Below the pieces are notes generated by a model. That model had not been told where the DNA came from and made no database searches. It saw only the letters and a program-made list of their open reading frames with translations. A stretch of 56,526 nucleotides of DNA, filler included, from Sphacelaria rigidula (Eukaryota): the NCBI GenBank assembly GCA_964200075.2. It is 3 parts of 3 records of this genome, joined end to end, with 100 filler letters (N's around TTAATTAATTAA, not from the genome) between each part and the next. Parts side by side here need not be neighbours in the genome. Positions count along the whole stretch, not along the records: positions 37,757 to 56,526 come from CAXNAA020000795.1; 2 more parts are not named here. The stretch is one strand, 5' to 3'. Below, in pieces: positions 51,130 through 56,526 of the stretch (positions are counted from its first letter, which is position 1; each line of letters begins with the position of its first letter). Both the position numbers and the translations under genes were made by a program.

Positions 51130-54100
51130 TGATGCCGCGATAGCCCCCACCCCCCCCCCCCCCCCCCCCCACCACCCCAACACCAACACCACACACACAC
51201 AACCCAACAAAANNNNNNNNNCCCCCCCCCCCTTTTTTTTTTTTTTTTAAAAACACAACCCCCCCCCACACACCCACCAGGGGGGGCCCCGCCGCCCCCC
51301 CCCCCCCCCCCCCCCCTCCCCGAACCAACCGAAACTTTAACCAGAAAAGAGCCATAGAACGCATAATAGGTTGTTCGAGACTGTATGAAGCACCTCATAT
51401 ACGGGTGGCATTGGTAGGAACAATCCCAAGCGCGAGAGTTCCACCCAGCGGCTCGGTGTGTAGGACTTTTGCCATTTTGATTCACATGTAAATTTGCCTC
51501 CTCAAACGAGCCACACGGTGCTGTGTCATCGGATCTCTGTGCTGATATCGGATCTTTGTCGGGGTGGGGACGACGATCGCGGGAACGATTGTGCAGGATG
51601 GGTCGGAGGTGCAGTGCGACGTGGATTTTTCGTTGTTGAAGGCACACGTGTGTGGCGTCAAGACCAAAAAAAAGGAGGGTGACACCGCGGAGCCCGACGC
51701 CAGCGCTTCAGGTTGGTCACAGTGTAGGGCTACTTTCCCTCACTCCCTTGACAGGATAACGAGTAGTAGTTGGATACAGTACGGTACGAGAGTGGTGGAA
51801 TTAAACCGGGGTCATGATCCATAGCACAGTTTCGTGGGACACGAAGGGTTCAAGTCATGGTATGCGAGGAAGTGATACGTGCTTGCCACACAGTTTTTTT
51901 TAACAGAAATGCTCGGCTGACAGTTACGCTGTCAGTGTAATCATATTTGCGAGTTAAACGAGAATGAGCGCTGGCGAACTTCTCGAATTTGAGTATTTTG
52001 TTACGGAGATGCCTCCATATTTTCTGTGGGTATGTACGCCTAAGCGAATGACGTAATTCACCCACCGACGCGCGTGCAGTACAGACAGTACAGTACAACA
52101 GTCAGCATAAGATACTGTAGTAAGTGTAGTGCAACAGCGTGGTGCAATTGTTGTACAGAACAACACATTTTGTTGCGTGTTGCCAACAACAGCAGCAGTA
52201 CTGTGCAGGACAGAAGAGCACAGCACAGCACAACAGTGATCGGTGGGGGGCCTAAACAAAGCCCGTGAGATGGCATACCTCGGACAAAAGATTACGTCGT
52301 CGAAAGTGTACTGCGTAAAGTTTCGACTGTTGCGACTATTGCAACATACAATAGATTCCATACTGTTCGCAGTACATTTTTTTGACAATGTAATCTATGA
52401 TCATCATCCAGAGTGTGTGGGATTGTGCCAGCAAGATCGATACCTTGTTTCTGATGCGTGAGACTAGCTTGAGCAGTAATGGCAGCAGAAGTGCATGTAG
52501 TCATGCGTACACGAGGATGGTTTCAAGCGGTCGCATGTGGTTCCCCACCCCCCACCCTGTTAGGAGCCTCGTCCGGCGAAAACCCGGCGTGATCCGTCCC
52601 GGCTTGTAGGGATTCGAGGTCAATGGTCATACTACCATGGCATGCAATATGATGAGTACGCCCCCCCCTGTTAGGATCGGTGGTCCGTCTCGCAAGGGAT
52701 GTGTGGTCAATGGTTAAACGACTAGCGCAAGCAACAAATGAGTACGCCCCCCCCCACCCCCCCCCACCCTGTTGGAATATCGAGTCATGCATATGGATGA
52801 ATGAGAGAAGTGAGGTATTGCTACCATTTGATGGGCCTGTAAAAAGACATGGTTGATATGGTGGATACGCTAGTTCCGGAGTAGGGAGGGTGTACTCATA
52901 ATCTCGCATGCCATAAATAGTCATATGGCCATTGACCTCGCATCCCTACAAAGCCGGGACGGACGACGCCGGGTTGTCGCTGGCTCAGCCTCGCAATCAA
53001 CCACCAGGCGCGAAGCGCCGTGGTGTGTTCGGTGATTCGCGTGAAGGGTGAGCTGCATCCTGCTAAGATTGTTCGGCTCGAAGCCTACTGATTATCGTGC
53101 ATTTGGATGACGGCCTCCGATGAGTTGCTTCATTTTCTGGTATCGCCTGGCCACTTCGAGAGACAGCCACAGCTTGTACACTGCCTCATGGGTGTCTCAC
53201 CATTTCAACACGACCATTCCCTTTGCGCGGAGTTGAGGTCCTCCGACGCCGCACAACATGATCTAGTGCGACCGCCATCATGGTTACCGCAACAAAAACG
53301 CAAGCGCGCAAAAAAAATCGGTAGCCTAGTTGCCCAGCTTACGCAGCGAGTGGCGTGTTTTGCAGCGTCATCGCCAACCGACGCCGACCCCATAGGGGGG
53401 TCCGGAGTGGGGGGTGTTTTTTTTTTTCTCATGATCTTGCATGTCGTCGTCATATAACCATTGACCTCGCGTCCCTACAAAGCCTGGACGGAGCACGCCA
53501 AGTTTTCGCTGGACAAGACTCGTGGGGAGGGGAGGGGGGGGCGTACTGAATATGTTGCTTGTAGTTCTGGAAGGGGTGGGGGGGGGGGCGGAGAAGTACC
53601 GCAGAAGAAACGTCAAGAGCTAATCAGGTGTCGATCCTACCGTTTGTGCATCGATGACATGTTGACTATTATAGTCGCTTTGGAAAAAATAAACTCTCGA
53701 AAAGTAGTGCGGATTTTTTTTTTTTCTGTTTGCCCGGCCTCACGCTCTTCCTCACCCAATAGAAGACAGCGAAAAAACACTGAACAGGAACCGCCCTGAC
53801 TACAATACAAAGTGAGTAGCCTCATCTCTCAGATAGCAAGCGTAATCCTGTTCGAATGGACCGCCTGCCTGGGTGGTTCACCTGTCCCCGGGTTCATCTG
53901 CGGAATCGGCATCGTATTTGTTTTTAACCCTTTCACCGCCAAATTGACTCATCTGCTGCTTCGGGATCATTTTCATCCGAAAAACCAATGTGATACTGAG
54001 ATCATTCACCAAGGCGATCAAGGGTTGATAATGACGATCCGACGGACTCAGATGATCATCTACTGCAGGGAGGAGGGGGGAGGGGGAGGGGGGGTTCGAA

Positions 54101-54709
54101 AAGTCTTGACAGAAGGAAGCTTCCCCTGCACGACAAATAATATCAATTAATAAATTATTAGAGAAACATGAGGATAACGGGCAAAAAAAAAGGTAAGGGA
54201 GGTGAAGAAGGCTTGGAAAGAGAAGATAAGATCTGTAGAATTTGTTTTCGCCATGCACCGCATCAGGAGCTTCGCCAGGAGCAGCAGGGAGGGCAGTATC
54301 AGCAGGTAGAGGGGGGGGAGGAGGCGGAGGGGGAAGCGTCAACAACAGCAGCAGCAGCAGCAGCAGTGGCAGGGCAGCCGCATCGTCAACAGCGCGCGTG
54401 GGAGAGCAGCATGGGAGGGTTGCAGGAGCAGTAGTGGGGAGTGACGGAGGGACAGGAGGCGGTAGGAGAACAGCCGCGCCGGCAGCGACCGCACCGGTAC
54501 CCGTTGTAGGGTCGACTCCCAATGGGGACTCTATGGAAGTTGATTTGGAGGCCGGACGGGAGGCCGGAGGGGGTCAGATCGCCGTGCGCTCGGGGGTAAC
54601 GGCGAACGGTGCGGCGGAGGGCGGGGATGGAGGCGCTGCAGGAGTACTGGGGGACGGAGATGCGATTTTGGAGGGGGATGTGGCGGTTCTCAGCAATCAT
54701 CGCTCTGAG
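45807..54709 (+). CDS. TBL1X: TBL1X/TBL1XR1/HOS15-like LisH + WD40 corepressor subunit, 5' part; continues beyond the window
   Basis: In-phase exons: 45807-45891 (AISSEEVNFLVFRYLQESG), 46252-46322 (FAHSAFTFAYES), 47018-47092 (VAPGMLITFLQKGLAYVGIE), 51597-51711, 54267-54709 (Gly/Ser linker ending VAVLSNHRSE, the start of WD40 repeat 1). Confidence 0.93.
50287..50393. mobile_element. Diverged piggyBac-like MITE
   Basis: TAAA-CCCTTCGACCGCC...GGCTGTCAAAGGG-CTAG; the interior CTGTTGGATCGGCATCATTTTCA matches the family. Confidence 0.6.
52560..53115. mobile_element. Cluster: family B (+), LINE 3' end (+) and family B (-), inside a TBL1X intron
   Basis: 52560-52668 and 52684-52768 each end ATGAGTACGCCCCCC; 52883-53115 is an inverted, longer B copy. 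Confidence 0.75.
53924..54028. mobile_element. Diverged piggyBac-like MITE
   Basis: TTAA-CCCTTTCACCGCC...GGCGATCAAGGG-TTGA, the same length as the other copies. Confidence 0.6.
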
Positions 54710-56142
54710 GTTAGTTTGGGGTGGGGACGGGAAGGGGGGCAGGGGGAATGAGCTGTGGCAATTTTTGGATATCTGCGGACGTTGATTTTGGCTGTTGCTG
54801 TCAACAATATTTATACTCGAGTATTTGCTATTGGACCTTGTCCTCTATTCTGTGTGTGTGAGTGGAGGGGGGAGGGAGGTGCACTCATGATTATGCGTGC
54901 CGTAGTCATGAGATTATTGGGACTCGGGCGAGTACCCGTGTTGCTGTATATATGTCATTGTTATCATTATTATTACTATCATTATTTTCATTATTATTTT
55001 CATCATCATTATCATTTCCAGGTATATTTATGTATCATAAATACATCACGAATTGATGTTGTTCTCAAACGCGCAGCGTTGGGGATATTTTCAGCATTTT
55101 CCTAATTTTCGCAAATGCTGCCGAGTCAGCGCTTCAGGGATCACTTTTTTCCAAGAGTCGGGCAAATCACGGCCAGCCCGAATCACCCTATCCACGATGG
55201 CTGAGGCCTGAATTGAAAAAAAGAAAGAAAGAACAAGGTCGACCGCGGTTAACACAAGTCTCAGCGTGATTTTTGCGCTCTTTCACGTGTCTGGCGTGCG
55301 TGTGCTTGGGGTGCAATTCTGAAAACAAAACCCAAGGATAGATTCGTACGGTACGAATTAAGTGTACTAGAATCAAGTAGTTTCGAAACGAATCAGTATT
55401 CGTCAGGCCCGTGAATTTTTCGCTGTGCTTGTCCTGTCGGTGCTCCACAGCTCTCCGCATGTTTTTTTTTCTTGCCAAGTTTCCCCGTCAGTTCTTTGAG
55501 CTGAAGTGTCAGCAACTATTTTTTCTTCTTTTTTTCGCTCTTGTACCAAACGTCTAGGATGTGTGTCTGCAAACGCTGCGTGTGTTACCCACGTGGATAC
55601 TGTACTGTCCGGTAATTTTCTTCACTGTAACGGCTGCCTCCCCCCTCCCCCCCCGTCGATCATTATCAGGCTGTATATGTATTGGATGTCTCACCAAAAA
55701 CGATTTTTCGCTCTGCTCTTCGATCAGTCGGAAAATTTTCAGCATTTTGTTTCATCAGCGCTTGAAATCTGCCCCTCAATTTTTCGTAATGCTGTCCTGT
55801 GAGCGTCTCTAAAGAAACGCTCTCTCGGAGAAATCGGCGCCTTTTTTTTTTTTTACTTCTCCGGGATGTTCGCGCTCATATCGCAGCACATCTGTCGTTT
55901 TGCCGTTTCTACAAGAACGTTAGGGTTAGCGTTATGGTTTGACAAAAACAGAGTACGTTTCGACCGTAGCTCAATGGTACCGAACTGAAGTAAACCTGCC
56001 TCGATCATGGTGCCAGCTTTTTTCGCCTAGAGTAGAAGCTGTTCCGTTTGGAAACCTCCAATTCACAGTTCCCCGAAACTCGGGCCTCCCCCCCCCCCGC
56101 GCGCGCGCGCGGGCGCCTGAAGATGGCGATGCCAGGAAATGA

Positions 56143-56386
56143 AGCAAATCATCGCACGCTGTTATCCAAATGCAAAATAATTGGTACGCTTCGGGCCGAA
56201 CAGTCTTAGCAGGATGCAGCCCATCCTTCATGCGACTCGCCGAACACATGACGGCGCGTCGTGCCTGGTAATTGATTGCGAGCCTGGTTTGGCGAAAACC
56301 TGGCGCGCTCCGTCCCGGTTTTGTAGGGATGCGAGGTCAATGACTTGACGACTATGGCATGCAATATCATGAATACACCGCCCCCA
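56143..56386 (+). mobile_element. Family B repeat, long copy
   Basis: Reverse complement of 19561-19800 and 52883-53115; ends CATGAATACACCGCCCCC. Confidence 0.75.
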
Positions 56387-56526
56387 GGACAACGACAAAA
56401 GATTTCATTGTCCAAAAGTGTACTGCGTACAGTATCGACTCCTGTATCGATTGCACGGTTAGGACGAATCATCACGACTATAAATCACCAAATTCACGAT
56501 TTCTTCGGCCTGATTGCTCAAAAGGG

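Noticed and set aside
53878..54522. 214-aa Pro/Leu-rich minus-strand ORF
   Set aside because: Antisense shadow of the Gly/Ser-rich TBL1X exon.
55022..55105. Candidate next TBL1X exon (VYLCIINTS...)
   Set aside because: It has an acceptor-like site but lacks the expected VFxCAWNP WD40 continuation and soon hits a stop.

Overview
Eukaryotic, intron-rich genomic DNA, most consistent with a brown alga (Phaeophyceae, Ectocarpus-like). This is inferred from the many short GT-AG exons, the WSC domain, a flagellar gene and dense small repeats. Most ORFs in the track are spurious because the real genes are spliced. Five genes can be rebuilt by hand: (1) RIF1, + strand, ~6.4-17.4 kb, with an expanded HEAT region; (2) a secreted metzincin (HEFGHNLGGLH plus Met-turn) fused to a WSC domain, - strand, 27287 to at least 20055; (3) four internal exons of a ZMYND12/p38-like flagellar protein, - strand; (4) a complete RPS20/uS10, - strand; (5) the 5' part of a TBL1X/HOS15-like LisH-WD40 gene, + strand, running off the window. 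Introns and intergenic DNA hold a nested set of small elements: TTAA-flanked piggyBac-like MITEs, a TGT..ACA MITE carrying TTAGGG repeats, two tRNA-derived SINE families, LINE 3' ends plus a partner element tied to poly-C tracts, fold-back elements and decayed coding remnants. Two N-TTAATTAATTAA-N spacers are artificial contig joins, so adjacency across them is not guaranteed. All homology calls come from motif recognition by eye, not from database searches.
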